DNA of 61,438 nt, filler included, from an uncultured bacterium (GTDB lineage: Bacteria; CAYJOG01): NCBI GenBank assembly GCA_964371695.1. It is 4 parts of 4 records of this genome, joined end to end, with 100 filler letters (N's around TTAATTAATTAA, not from the genome) between each part and the next. Parts side by side here need not be neighbours in the genome. Positions count along the whole stretch, not along the records: positions 15,961 to 31,363 come from CAYJOG010000018.1; 3 more parts are not named here. One strand, 5' to 3'. Under the pieces are notes generated by a model. The model saw only the letters and a list, made by a program, of their open reading frames with translations, did no database searches and was not told the origin of the DNA. Of this stretch, positions 21,401 to 30,501 are shown piece after piece. A program made the translations under genes and the position numbers. Position 1 is the first letter of the stretch; each line of letters begins with the position of its first letter.

Positions 21401-22049
21401 CGGCGTGCAGGTTTTTGTTTTGACCACTCCCGGCGGATTGCGACAACGCCAGGGCCAGGGCCTCGCGCATCACGTCGCGCACGATTTCTTCCAGTCCCAG
21501 ATTCTCGGCGTCTACCTGCAAAGCGGGGTGCAGGTTGCTGGTGAGCGCGTGGCGCGTGATCACCCCCCGGCAACAACTGTGGATGGTGCCGAGCGTCATG
21601 AAATCCAGCGACAGCAACAGCGCCTGGGCGCGGGCGCGGGCCTGCTCTGGCGCAAGATGCTCAAAAGGCTGGCCCTGGCTGGGTCGCACAAAAAACAGGT
21701 CTTTGCCTTGGGCCAGGCAAGACAGTTTTTCCGCCACGCGGTCTTCCAGTTCGGCGGCGGCTTTTTCGGTGAAGGTGATGGCGCACACACCCGCCGCCGC
21801 GCGCCGGGCCACATCGGGCGCCTCGGGGGCGGGGCCGGGTTTTTCTCGTAGTTCGGCTTCGGCTTTTTCCCAGCCGGGGCCAATGCACCACGCCAGAATG
21901 CGCTCTACCAGCACGGTGGTTTTGCCGGTGCCCGCGCCCGCCTCCAGGGCCAGAGGCCGGTCAAACACACGCACGGCCAAGCGGCGGGCGTTGGTGTCGC
22001 GCTCCCGCGCCAGCAGGATTTCCTGTTTTTCCTGTGCGCTGAAACTCAC
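18429..22049 (-). CDS. addA: ATP-dependent helicase/nuclease subunit A (AddA/UvrD-like with PD-(D/E)XK C-terminus)
   Basis: EAGAGTGKT, AITFTEKAA, VDEFQDT, VGDPKQCIY, MTIHAAKGLEF, LYVAATRAR and the nuclease motif DLL...VDFKT. GTG at 22049 overlaps the addB stop. Confidence 0.9.
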   Translation of the reverse strand: MSFSAQEKQEILLARERDTNARRLAVRVFDRPLALEAGAGTGKTTVLVERILAWCIGPGWEKAEAELREKPGPAPEAPDVARRAAAGVCAITFTEKAAAELEDRVAEKLSCLAQGKDLFFVRPSQGQPFEHLAPEQARARAQALLLSLDFMTLGTIHSCCRGVITRHALTSNLHPALQVDAENLGLEEIVRDVMREALALALSQSAGSGQNKNLHAVAPSLRQLFEQAVDMDQLAEVLLRLAGEHADSHLMEQDLFPPAVTGVFADAFFAALSQLAQALAPLLGEKNLRKPKEIAEWCWAMERMQEKNPSLGDLVCAAQENDKVIKQLDDWKKGKWNKTEEQCETLNRPLLVSSARQTRKHLRLLQRLEDQDTIQTLAATLAPLLREVQRRARQKGLITFQGLLKEALGALQNARVAALEQCRLRLLLVDEFQDTDTTQCGVVRRLALTGENRPALFVVGDPKQCIYAWRAADLASYENFLRDMGGEKHTLTVNHRAGPEILRQINRLISPVMQHETGVQPHYEFLTPSEENEAAGDFFEQGGGPRRAVELWRLPEAGKGKPLSAEAERRWEARLLARDLLALKQSGALGEYSKAALLLRATSSQEVYLRALREAGVPYVVQVERHWFLQRVVLDAAALLRVVLDPADHLALLTWLRSAAVGLPDWALLRLWQKGLPEWFSNLSAPGDAVLGDMRQKTEEAAAELARENLPAAGALKNWPVVFMAGARSMAQLRMSFAHDATDVFFERLHTLFHPQATEAARFLGAHRLATLNRFLRLARETLHDPGGGPVALLRQLRNGALGVKEVKVTTAPAQADAVQVMTIHAAKGLEFEQVYLADLARGQARQRASDFLKNVNDAPALMLMGHGNLLAHQAQALDEKIAAAETVRLLYVAATRARRRLVIFASLPTGAGETVPEIVTLVDLLKPSLAGWPAAGEGPPGVAVRHVAVLQEPEQPAHLPATSGAETSTGPDAGVLLAAENALVQKRALAAQHQSRPWHTTPSAQAHHRWRDDADAQDGTGALTSLSRPDAMAVGVLVHGVLENLDLHTAPGAARAALPALLQQAARRLDTPPGEAALKEAGELLQTLLQGPLGQRLFELGPRVVARELPLLLSPQAAALPGSPPVGAVYGALDLLYQDEDGGLVVVDFKTDHVADEAGLQEKTRAYAPQGQLYVQAVALALGLKSPPRFELWFLRAGRVVEAGG

Positions 22050-25000
22050 GGCGCGCTCTTCCCGTCGCCATCCGGTTTTTCGGCGGCGTCCTGACCCAGA
22101 CGCAACAGGGGCCACAGGCTTTGCCAATGAAAATCCTCTGGCGGCTCATCACCCTTCAACACGGTTTCCAGACGCTGGCGAAAAACCGTTTCGTGCCGCA
22201 GGCAGGTTTCGCTCACTTCGCAAATGCGGCAGGCGCTGTTGAGTTTTTCCTTGCCGGGCTCCTCCCAAAAACGGGGATAAAAATATCCCGCCTTCATGGC
22301 GCGCACCAACGGCTGAACGGTTCCACTCAGGGCCTGCTGCACCAGCGGGTCGTGGTGGGGCAGCGCCAGACTGGTTTTTTCTGGCGGCGTGCCGGGTGTG
22401 AGAAACAGGTAACGGCCCGTCGCGCCGGTGTGGGCGGCGGCATACACCACCGCCTGCAATTTTTTGCCCGAAAGAATGTCGTTTCTGAAATGGTTTTTGA
22501 CCGTTTCGGGTTTGACATCCTTGAGATAAAACGGCTTGCCGGTTTTGAAATCGGTGAAGGTGAGCGACATGAGGTTGCCCTCTGGCGCGTCCAGACGGTC
22601 TGCCAGGAAAACCACCCGGTCTTCGCCGCCGGGCAGCTTCACCCAACCCTCCAGTTCCGCCCCCCCCACCACCAAAGAATCCTGGCCCTCCGGCCAGTCC
22701 AGCGCCACGGCGTTTTCCACATAAGGCCGCGCCGCACGGGCCAGCAGGGCCATAAAACCCGGCGAGAAAAATCCCTCTTCGCGGGCGCAGAAATCCGCCG
22801 CTGCGGCCAGCGCCTTGTCAACGTCTGCGGGGGTGGGGCGATACACCGTGCAGAGACCGGCCTTGAGGCTTTCTTCGATCGTGGCCTCTTGGCGTCTGTT
22901 TGAAAAGTCCGTCGTGGACTTTTCAAACCCAACGCCTTCGGGGGCAAGCCCCCTTGGCGTGGCGAAAACCTCCGCTTTTTCAAAGCTTCGGCTTTCGGAT
23001 GCGGGCATCCTTGCCCGCAAAAGCCTGCTTAAAATTGGCTCCTGGGCTGACCCCCGGCCCACCAGCCGCCACAGGGCCTCGTGGGCCACCGCCCCCAGCA
23101 GTCGGGCCGAGAGGCTGGGCAGCCCCCCCGCAGGGTCGGGCAGGGGCCTCAGATGCAGCACCCTTTCCACAAAAACCGACCACGGGCAGCGGGACCATTT
23201 TTCCAGCGTGGTGACAAAAACTTTTTCCAGCCCCGTTTGGCCCGCCCAACCGGCGAAGGCCCCAAAACGGCGGGCGGCGGGTGAGCGCCACGAGGTTTCC
23301 AGTTCGTCCAGCACCGCCAGACGGGCGTGGGCCAGTTCCCGCGGTGTTGCGCAGGGCGCGCCCGTCGCCAGACCCGTGAAAACCGCCTCACGAAAACCAC
23401 CGTCCTGCACCTGTGTCAGTACACGGGCGCAGGACAGACCCAGCGGCTGCTCTTTGGGCGCGGCGGCGGTTTCCAGCTTCAGCGGCGCGCCGTTCTGGCC
23501 GCCCAGCAGCAGGCGCTGCAACAGCGGCGAAGGAGCGATGTCTTTGCCGTTCAGGTTTTTTTGCGCACAGGAAAGCGTGACGTGATCGGCGGAAAAAAGC
23601 AGCGCACCAAACAGGAAACGTTCTTCGTCGTGACCCAGGGATTTCACCGGCAGGGCCGCGAGAACCGGCCGCAGGGCCTCGCGCGCACCTTCGCTGAAAA
23701 GCGGGTCTTCGCGCACTTCGCGGGGAAAAATGCCGTGATTCAGGCCCGTCACAAAAAGGTGCGAAAAAGTGAGACCCCGCGCTGCGGTCACGTCCAGCAG
23801 TCGCACACCGCCCCCCGCGCCGCCCAGCGGCTCGGCCCCCGCCGTGGCGGCGGCGTTTTGCAGCAGCCACACCATCTCCTGAAAATCCAGCGGCATTTCG
23901 GCCACGCCTCCTTCGGAGCCGAGGGCCGCCAGCGCGGTCCACACTTTTTCCAGACCCTCTCCCTCGCCGCCCTGCCCCCACCCCAGTTCCATCAACATTT
24001 GACGCAGACGCGCCGCCTGTGTGGCGGGCAACTGTTTTTCCGCCGAGCGGGCCGCCTCCCACAGTTTCAGCAGACACCCGGCGGCTTTCACCGCCTCCAT
24101 AAAAGTGGCATGAGGCAAACGACGGCGCTGGGAAGATTTGCCATTTTCAGACGGTTTGTCTGGCTTTTCATACCCTTCATCCTCTGGCTCATCCTCTGGT
24201 TCTTCAGATTCTTCGGCGGGCAGCGCGGCGGCGGCGCGGCGGGTTTGCAGCGGAAAACCAGATTCTGACGACAGCCCCTGGGGCCAGCGCTGCGCCGCCA
24301 CGTCCGCCAGTGTGGCGGCCCCCAACTGGGCCAGGGCCAGACCAAGGTCGCTGAGATGGGGCGACAAAGACGACTGCGCCCCCAGCGCCCCCAGCCAGTG
24401 ATGCGCCGGACACTGCCCCCCCAGCTTGAACACCTGCAACGCCGACAAAAATCGCCGGTGCGCCGCAAACAGCACGGGCGGCGCCAGACCGCCGCTGAAG
24501 GGCACAGCAAAGGCGCTGAACCAGCGGCGGAAAAAATCCGCCACGGCGGGCAACTGACGGTGGACCACGCCGATGTCTTCGGGGTCCACGCCTTCATCCA
24601 GCAGCGCGCGCACGCGCCCGGCAACCGTGATGATTTCCTCTTCGGTGTCCGCCGCCAGAAAACAGTCCATCTGTGGCCCGGCGGCGGCGTGGCCCGCCTC
24701 CAGCGGCTTGGCCTGCCCGGCGCTTTGCAGCACCGATTCAAAAAATACTTTCCGATACGCCTGACCGCCGGTCTGATCCTCCGTGTCCCCACGGCCGGTT
24801 GAATCCGTCAACACCAATCCCGCCCCCAGCTTGATCAGTTCACCCACCAAATCTCCCACCACCGCCGTGCCGTCTTCAAAACCCACCAGCCACAGGTGGG
24901 CCGCCCCCAGCAGCGAGGGCTGGTTCTGCAAGACCTGCGCCGCCTGCGCCAGCAGACCGCCGGGGCGGTCCACACCCATCTGGCGCAGGGCCTCGCGCAC

Positions 25001-25642
25001 CCGCAGCGCGGTGCGCACCAGTGCGGCGGTGGTGGGCGGGCTTTGTTTTTCATCCGCCTCGCGGGCAGCCTCCAGGGCTTCTTCGGCGATTTCGTCCGTC
25101 AGGCCCGCGTCCAGAAAATCTTCCACCGTGGCCCCCACCAGACCCAGCGCGTCTTCAAAACGGCCCAGGCGACTCAGGGACGGTTCCGCTGCGGCAAACC
25201 GCGCACTCAACAACCCCATCCACGGCCCAATGCGCGGCGGCGGCTCACCGGCGGCCAGCAAAACCTCCCGCGCCAGTGAAAACAGCGTGAGCACCCGCAC
25301 ACCCAACAGCGCGCCGCCGGGGGCCTGAGACGCCAACACCCGCAGCCAGTGACCGCGCTGCGTGTTACTCGCCACGACGATAAATTGTCTCAAAATCCCC
25401 TCCTGGGATTTTTCGACCGAGTGATTGTCGGGGAAACCCCGCCAATCACCGCGCAAAGCTTCGGTCTTTTGACCTTCGCTTTTCGGGGCAGGCCCTCCCT
25501 GGCCTGCAACAGATTGTCTCAAAATCCCCTCCTGGGATTTTTCGACCGAGTGTTGGGCAAGTTGCAGCACCTGTTCCAGCACCAGCGCCTGGGCGGCCCG
25601 GTTGTCCTCTGCCAGAAAAACCTTGCCGGGGGCCTCGCGCAC
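22046..25642 (-). CDS. addB: AddB-like PD-(D/E)XK nuclease subunit with Fe-S staple cysteines
   Basis: ARGLTFSHLFVTGLNHG, SRCP...CRICEVSETC and ADRLD...DFKTG; adjacent to addA. Confidence 0.85.
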   Translation of the reverse strand: MREAPGKVFLAEDNRAAQALVLEQVLQLAQHSVEKSQEGILRQSVAGQGGPAPKSEGQKTEALRGDWRGFPDNHSVEKSQEGILRQFIVVASNTQRGHWLRVLASQAPGGALLGVRVLTLFSLAREVLLAAGEPPPRIGPWMGLLSARFAAAEPSLSRLGRFEDALGLVGATVEDFLDAGLTDEIAEEALEAAREADEKQSPPTTAALVRTALRVREALRQMGVDRPGGLLAQAAQVLQNQPSLLGAAHLWLVGFEDGTAVVGDLVGELIKLGAGLVLTDSTGRGDTEDQTGGQAYRKVFFESVLQSAGQAKPLEAGHAAAGPQMDCFLAADTEEEIITVAGRVRALLDEGVDPEDIGVVHRQLPAVADFFRRWFSAFAVPFSGGLAPPVLFAAHRRFLSALQVFKLGGQCPAHHWLGALGAQSSLSPHLSDLGLALAQLGAATLADVAAQRWPQGLSSESGFPLQTRRAAAALPAEESEEPEDEPEDEGYEKPDKPSENGKSSQRRRLPHATFMEAVKAAGCLLKLWEAARSAEKQLPATQAARLRQMLMELGWGQGGEGEGLEKVWTALAALGSEGGVAEMPLDFQEMVWLLQNAAATAGAEPLGGAGGGVRLLDVTAARGLTFSHLFVTGLNHGIFPREVREDPLFSEGAREALRPVLAALPVKSLGHDEERFLFGALLFSADHVTLSCAQKNLNGKDIAPSPLLQRLLLGGQNGAPLKLETAAAPKEQPLGLSCARVLTQVQDGGFREAVFTGLATGAPCATPRELAHARLAVLDELETSWRSPAARRFGAFAGWAGQTGLEKVFVTTLEKWSRCPWSVFVERVLHLRPLPDPAGGLPSLSARLLGAVAHEALWRLVGRGSAQEPILSRLLRARMPASESRSFEKAEVFATPRGLAPEGVGFEKSTTDFSNRRQEATIEESLKAGLCTVYRPTPADVDKALAAAADFCAREEGFFSPGFMALLARAARPYVENAVALDWPEGQDSLVVGGAELEGWVKLPGGEDRVVFLADRLDAPEGNLMSLTFTDFKTGKPFYLKDVKPETVKNHFRNDILSGKKLQAVVYAAAHTGATGRYLFLTPGTPPEKTSLALPHHDPLVQQALSGTVQPLVRAMKAGYFYPRFWEEPGKEKLNSACRICEVSETCLRHETVFRQRLETVLKGDEPPEDFHWQSLWPLLRLGQDAAEKPDGDGKSAP
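22898..23031 (-). repeat. Multi-hairpin palindromic element inserted in frame in addB
   Basis: Hairpins TGCGGGCAAGGATGCCCGCA-TCCGAAA...GTTTGAAAAGTCC(ACGAC)GGACTTTTCAAAC; homologous to the intergenic copy at 35868-35976. Confidence 0.8.
25384..25552 (-). repeat. Multi-hairpin element with 40-bp direct repeats, inserted in frame near the 5' end of addB
   Basis: The exact 40-bp repeat ATTGTCTCAAAATCCCCTCCTGGGATTTTTCGACCGAGTG occurs at 25384-25423 and 25513-25552 (129 nt apart), giving HSVEKSQEGILRQ twice. Confidence 0.9.
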
Positions 25643-25685
25643 GGGACTATGATAGGTTCCACACCAAACTGCTTGTATGACCTAT

Positions 25686-25804
25686 CAGGGTGTTGATAAA
25701 CACCCTGAAAAATCCATGGATGGATTTTACCGCTTGCAGGGGTTTTTGGAACCCCTGCAAAATGGGTTGAGAAAGGCCAGGAGGGACTTTCTCAACACCC
25801 TGCT
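25686..25804. repeat. Intergenic multi-hairpin element (GGA-loop family)
   Basis: AAAATCC(ATGGAT)GGATTTT, TGCAGGGG...CCCCTGCA and GTTGAGAAAG..CC(AGGAG)GGACTTTCTCAAC hairpins. Confidence 0.7.
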
Positions 25805-25851
25805 ATTATCGGGCGCGCCTCAAAAAACAGTCTTACCCGGTCGATTAAAAA

Positions 25852-26151
25852 ATGATTCAGCGAGACCTTCACACACAGGACACCTCCGACGGTGTGCTTT
25901 ATCGCGTCTCAGGCACGCTGGATGTGGTGTTTGTGCACGAGCACCGGGAGCGGCTGGAAGGCGTGGCGCTGTCGGGAAACGGCCTGCTGATGGACCTGAC
26001 CGAGGTGGTGCATCTGGACAGCACCGGCCTGGGGCTGCTGGTGGCGCTGCGCCGCATGGCCGCCGCTGAAGGCGGCGAGCTGCGGGTGGTGGCCAAGAGC
26101 GAAGCGGTGCAAAAACTGCTGGAAGCCATGTTTCTGGATGATCTGTTTTAG
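25852..26151 (+). CDS. STAS domain protein (anti-sigma factor antagonist)
   Basis: DLTEVVHLDSTGLGLLV motif containing the phosphorylatable Ser. Confidence 0.9.
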   Translation: MIQRDLHTQDTSDGVLYRVSGTLDVVFVHEHRERLEGVALSGNGLLMDLTEVVHLDSTGLGLLVALRRMAAAEGGELRVVAKSEAVQKLLEAMFLDDLF

Positions 26152-26163
26152 AGCATTCTCGGA

Positions 26164-26378
26164 GTAGACGTGGACGCAATAAGAGCTTTTTTTCTTGCCC
26201 TCTCCCTGAGGGAGAGGGCAGCCGAAGGTTGAGCGAAGCGAAATCTGAGGCGGGTGAGGGGGAATGAGAACTTTTGAAAAAAGTCTGATTCTTTCTGCCC
26301 AGCCTGTTCCCCCTCACCCGCCCGCGACCTCACATCTGTTCGGTCACGGTCTGCCCTCTCCCTGAGGGAGAGGGCAAG
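26164..26378. repeat. Dispersed paired-palindrome element (REPIN/MITE-like)
   Basis: About 155 bp are near-identical in reverse complement to 41478-41631; the same architecture appears at 44526-44703. Confidence 0.85.
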
Positions 26379-26456
26379 AACTGGCCCCGCCCTTTGTCTA
26401 CGTCAAATATAAATTGCTCTAACCTGGCGTGTGTGCCGCCTTGTTAAACTCCCCCC

Positions 26457-29177
26457 ATGGCCCGTTACGCGCTCATTGACACACTGGGGTTGTTGTATCG
26501 GGCATTTTTCGCCATGCAAACCCGACTGAAAGACCCCCAGGGCCGCCCCGTGGGGGCCATCTATGGCTTCTTTCTGATGATGCGCAAGCTCGCAAGCGTG
26601 GAGAATCCCGACGTGGTGGTGTATGGCCTGGACCTGCCCGGCCCCACGTTGCGCAAGGAGCGTTTCGCTGATTACAAAGCCCAGCGCGAGCGCATGCCCG
26701 AAGAGTTGCAGGCCCAGTGGGCGCATTTGGTGGACCTGCTGCGAGCACACGGCTTCAACGCCCTGGGGGCCGAAGGTTATGAAAGCGACGACGTGCTGGC
26801 CACACTGGCCACGCAACTGTCCGCCCAGGGCCACACCGTGGACATCTTCACGGGCGACAAAGACCTGCTGCAACTGGTGAACGACAACATCAGCGTGGTG
26901 CTCATGACCAAGGGCATGTCCGACCTCACCAAAATCACACCGGGCGGCGTGCGGGACGTGTTTGGCGTGACGCCCGAACAGGTGATCGAAAAAAAGGCCC
27001 TCATGGGCGACAGCTCCGACAACATTCCCGGCGTGAAGGGCATCGGCGAAAAAACCGCCAACGAACTCATCGAACGCTTTTCAAATCTGGAAAACCTCTA
27101 CGCCAGCCTGGACACCCTGAAAGGCGCGGTGCAAAAGAAACTGGCCGAGGGCCGCGACATGGCTTTTTTCAGCCGCGAACTGGTGAGCCTGCACCGGGAC
27201 TTGCCCCTGCCCGCCGCGCCCCTGCGCCCCGCCGCCGAAGAATCCGCCGCACTCAGCGACATCTACCGCGCCCTCAAGTTCACGTCGTTTCTCACCGAGT
27301 CCCAGGGTCAGGCCCAATCGCTGTTTGAAACCGAAGACACGCTCAAAACCTTTTCGGGTGAGTGCCGCACAATGTACGGCGGCGAAGATCTCGCCGCCTT
27401 TGTGCAGCAGGCCCGGTTGGCGGGCCGCTGGTGTCTGGACCTGGAGACCACCGGCAACGACCCGGTGAAACATGAAATCGTGGGCGTGGCCCTGAGCACC
27501 GAGGCGGGCGTGGGGTTGTATCTGCCCGTGGCCCACCACGAGCTGGGGGTGCCCGCAGGCAAGGAGCAGTGGGCGCTGCCGGTGCTGCTGCGACAGTTGC
27601 AACCGCTTTTGTGCGAGACCGGCGTCACGCTTATCGGCCACAACCTGAAGTTCGACCTGCATTTTTTGCTGCGGGCGGGGGCGGCGTATTCGTGCCCCGT
27701 GGCCGACACCATGGTGGCGGCGCACCTGGTGGAAGACGCCTGGGGCGCCCTGGGACTGAAGGCCCAGACCGCCGCCCGGCTGGGGGTGGCCCAGACCACT
27801 TTCGCCGAGGCCACGCAGGGCCTGCCCAAAGGCTCCACCTTTGCCGACGTGCCGGTGGAAAAAGCTGCTTCCTATGCCGCGCAGGACGCCGCCCTCACAC
27901 TGGCCCTCTACGACAAACTGGAGCCGGAAATGCGGCGGCTGGACGTGTGGGAGAGCTTCAGCCGCGTGGAAATGCCGCTGTTGCCGATTCTGACCCGCAT
28001 GGAGCACACGGGCATTCGTGTGAATCAACCGGCGCTGGATGACCTGGCCGCCGCATTGGGTCAGGAAGCGGCGGAACTGGAGGCCCGTTTTGGTGAACAG
28101 GTCACGGCCCGTGCGCCGGGCGTGGCGGTGAATCTGCGCAGCCCCGCCCAGTTGCAGACCCTGTTTTTCGAGATTCTCGAAATGAAAATGCGAGGCAAAA
28201 AAAGCACCGACGTGGACGCGCTTGCGGCGCTGAAATCGGCTTATCCCACCCACGCCGTGATGCTGGACACCCTGCTGGAATACCGTCAGGTGGCCAAGCT
28301 CAAAAGCACTTACGTCGACGCCCTGAAACAGCACAGCAACAACCCCGCCGGGCGGGTTCACACCAACTTCAGCCAGACCGCCGCCGCCACGGGCCGCCTG
28401 AGCAGCAGCGACCCCAACCTGCAGAACATCCCCATCCGCACCGAGCGGGGCAGGCTCATTCGCCGCGCCTTTGTGCCAGAGCCGGGCTGGCTGCTGCTGA
28501 AGGCGGATTATTCACAAATCGAACTGCGGGTGCTGGCCCACATCAGCGAGGAACCCGTGCTGCTCGCGGCCTTTGGCCGGGGCGAGGACATCCACCGCCA
28601 GACCGCCGCGCTGCTCTCTGGCAAAACGCCGGATGAAGTGAGCAAGGAAGACCGCGACGCCGCCAAGCGCGTGAACTTTGGCGTGATTTATGGCATGGGG
28701 GCCTTCAGCCTGGGTCAGGACCTGGGGGTGGGCACCGCCGAGGCGGCGAAGTTCATCGAGACCTATTTCAACCGCCTGCCCCGGGTGAAAACCTTCATCG
28801 AAAACACCATCGCCCAGGCCCGCAAAGATGGCAGCGTGCGCACGCTGGGGGGGCGGCGCATTGTGCTGCCCGAAATCAACAGCGCCAACCGGCCCCGGCG
28901 CGAATACAGCGAGCGGGCCGCCGTAAACGGCGTGGTGCAGGGCACGGCGGCGGAGTGGATCAAGCTGGCGATGATTCGCCTGGACCGCTGGCTTGTCCAG
29001 AGTCACACACAGGCCCGGCTGCTGTTGCAGGTACACGACGAACTGGTGCTGGAAACCCCCCCCGACGAACTGGCGGCGGTGCAGGAGGCGGTGGGCACGG
29101 CCATGTCGGGGGCCTATGCCGCCCGCGTGCCTTTGGTGGTGGATCAGACCGTGGGCGAGAACTGGGCCATGGCGTGA
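26457..29177 (+). CDS. polA: DNA polymerase I
   Basis: 5'-3' exonuclease (GDSSDNIPGVKGIG), 3'-5' exonuclease (DLETTG) and polymerase motifs (ADYSQIELR, AKRVNFGVIYG, QVHDEL). Confidence 0.98.
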   Translation: MARYALIDTLGLLYRAFFAMQTRLKDPQGRPVGAIYGFFLMMRKLASVENPDVVVYGLDLPGPTLRKERFADYKAQRERMPEELQAQWAHLVDLLRAHGFNALGAEGYESDDVLATLATQLSAQGHTVDIFTGDKDLLQLVNDNISVVLMTKGMSDLTKITPGGVRDVFGVTPEQVIEKKALMGDSSDNIPGVKGIGEKTANELIERFSNLENLYASLDTLKGAVQKKLAEGRDMAFFSRELVSLHRDLPLPAAPLRPAAEESAALSDIYRALKFTSFLTESQGQAQSLFETEDTLKTFSGECRTMYGGEDLAAFVQQARLAGRWCLDLETTGNDPVKHEIVGVALSTEAGVGLYLPVAHHELGVPAGKEQWALPVLLRQLQPLLCETGVTLIGHNLKFDLHFLLRAGAAYSCPVADTMVAAHLVEDAWGALGLKAQTAARLGVAQTTFAEATQGLPKGSTFADVPVEKAASYAAQDAALTLALYDKLEPEMRRLDVWESFSRVEMPLLPILTRMEHTGIRVNQPALDDLAAALGQEAAELEARFGEQVTARAPGVAVNLRSPAQLQTLFFEILEMKMRGKKSTDVDALAALKSAYPTHAVMLDTLLEYRQVAKLKSTYVDALKQHSNNPAGRVHTNFSQTAAATGRLSSSDPNLQNIPIRTERGRLIRRAFVPEPGWLLLKADYSQIELRVLAHISEEPVLLAAFGRGEDIHRQTAALLSGKTPDEVSKEDRDAAKRVNFGVIYGMGAFSLGQDLGVGTAEAAKFIETYFNRLPRVKTFIENTIAQARKDGSVRTLGGRRIVLPEINSANRPRREYSERAAVNGVVQGTAAEWIKLAMIRLDRWLVQSHTQARLLLQVHDELVLETPPDELAAVQEAVGTAMSGAYAARVPLVVDQTVGENWAMA

Positions 29178-29247
29178 GCGGGGAAGCCGGAGGCTGGCGG
29201 TTCATTTGATTTGAAATGAGTCGCAGCGGTTTTTGTTTTTGAATAAA

Positions 29248-29420
29248 CCCCTCACCCCAACCCTCTCCCCATTGAAGGGGAGAGGGGGCCGGGGAGCAAT
29301 CTTGGTCAATAACCCGCAAGCCTGCGGTGTGCAAATGGTGCCCGCCCAGGGTTTTGCATTTGAAAGTCAGAGGTGTTTAACCCCCTCTCCCCTACTGGGG
29401 AGAGGGTTGGGGTGAGGGGT
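29248..29420. repeat. Inverted pair of CCCTCACCC/CCCTCTCCC palindromes
   Basis: 29248-29287 and 29381-29420 face each other between the convergent polA and rsmE genes. Confidence 0.8.
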
Positions 29421-29463
29421 AAAACATAAACATAAAACCTTTTTATTTTTCTGGCCTGCCGCT

Positions 29464-30324
29464 TTACCCGTGCCCCTCGTGGCTCACCTTGTGCAGAAAC
29501 TGGATGCCCAGAGACAGAAACACCGCCGTCTCCACCAGCAGGTTGAACGGCCCCAGGGTGACGGGTTTTGCGCCCCCTTCTTTGAAGCGGTGCTTTTCGT
29601 GAGTTCCCCAACCGCCCTCTGGCCCCACAATCAGGCCCACGGGGCCATCCACGGCCTCAATGGGTTCTCCGTCTTCTTCGAGCAAAAGCCAGGTGCGGTT
29701 GTCGTCCATGTGCCATTCGTTGAAATAGGTGGGGGTGTTCAGCGTGGGGCTGCCCAGGTGACCCGCCACCTCGGCGCCTGACTGCAACAGGCGCTGCGCC
29801 CGGGCGTTGCGCTCTGGCGAGGGTTTGCTCCACTGGCCCTGAGACCGCTCGGCGGGCAGCAGCACCACTTCGCGCAGGCCCAGGTTGCCCAGAATGGGCA
29901 GCACCTCGGCCAGTGTCTGGGGCCGGGGCCAGGCCATGGCCAGCACAATGTTGGGGGGCCGGGGCGCGCTGATTTCCTCACCCAGAAACACCAGACGCAG
30001 GCTGCCCCGTGGCTCCCAGTGCAGTTTGCAGCGCATGGGCCGCTCGCTGGGGCCCACCAGCACCACCTCTTCGCCGTCGCTCACCCGCCGGGCGCGCATG
30101 TGCTGCGTCAGAGGCTGGGCGCGGTCCAGCACCTCTTCACCGGCGATATCAAACGGCACATGAAAAAGCTTCTTCTCAAACGTCTTGACCGACAAGGCAA
30201 GCCCCCCCTGGGCCGGGAAATAAACCGGGTGATTGTAGTTCCGGCCCAGCGGACGGAAAAATAGTTTTTCACGCGGCAAAAGGCAGTGACGGTCATCACA
30301 GAGTTTGTTTATAAACAGGCTCAC
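29464..30324 (-). CDS. rsmE: 16S rRNA m3U1498 methyltransferase (true start probably ~130 nt downstream of the ORF start)
   Basis: IVGPEGG and LGPFNLLVETA SPOUT motifs. Confidence 0.85.
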   Translation of the reverse strand: MSLFINKLCDDRHCLLPREKLFFRPLGRNYNHPVYFPAQGGLALSVKTFEKKLFHVPFDIAGEEVLDRAQPLTQHMRARRVSDGEEVVLVGPSERPMRCKLHWEPRGSLRLVFLGEEISAPRPPNIVLAMAWPRPQTLAEVLPILGNLGLREVVLLPAERSQGQWSKPSPERNARAQRLLQSGAEVAGHLGSPTLNTPTYFNEWHMDDNRTWLLLEEDGEPIEAVDGPVGLIVGPEGGWGTHEKHRFKEGGAKPVTLGPFNLLVETAVFLSLGIQFLHKVSHEGHG

Positions 30325-30354
30325 GCGACAGCCGTCACAAAATCATCAGATTTT

Positions 30355-30501
30355 TTACCAGCTCTGGCCGATGTTCTTGATGACGTAGCCGATAAGCCAC
30401 GCGATGGAAATCAGCCAGCCCACAATCAGCACGGGGTGAAAGTGATGCCCCTCCTGGCCATGGTCCAGATCGTCAGAATGCCCTGTGGGTTGTTCGCTCA
30501 T
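30355..30501 (-). CDS. Small membrane protein (48 aa), cbb3 oxidase accessory-like; not in ORF track
   Basis: MSEQPTGHSDDLDHGQEGHHFHPVLIVGWLISIAWLIGYVIKNIGQSW; its ATG overlaps the upstream stop. Confidence 0.6.
   Translation of the reverse strand: MSEQPTGHSDDLDHGQEGHHFHPVLIVGWLISIAWLIGYVIKNIGQSW

Noticed and set aside
25384-25552. Possible mini CRISPR array (two 40-bp palindromic direct repeats)
   Set aside because: Only two repeats, an 89-bp structured spacer homologous to a dispersed repeat family, located in a CDS, and no cas genes in the window.
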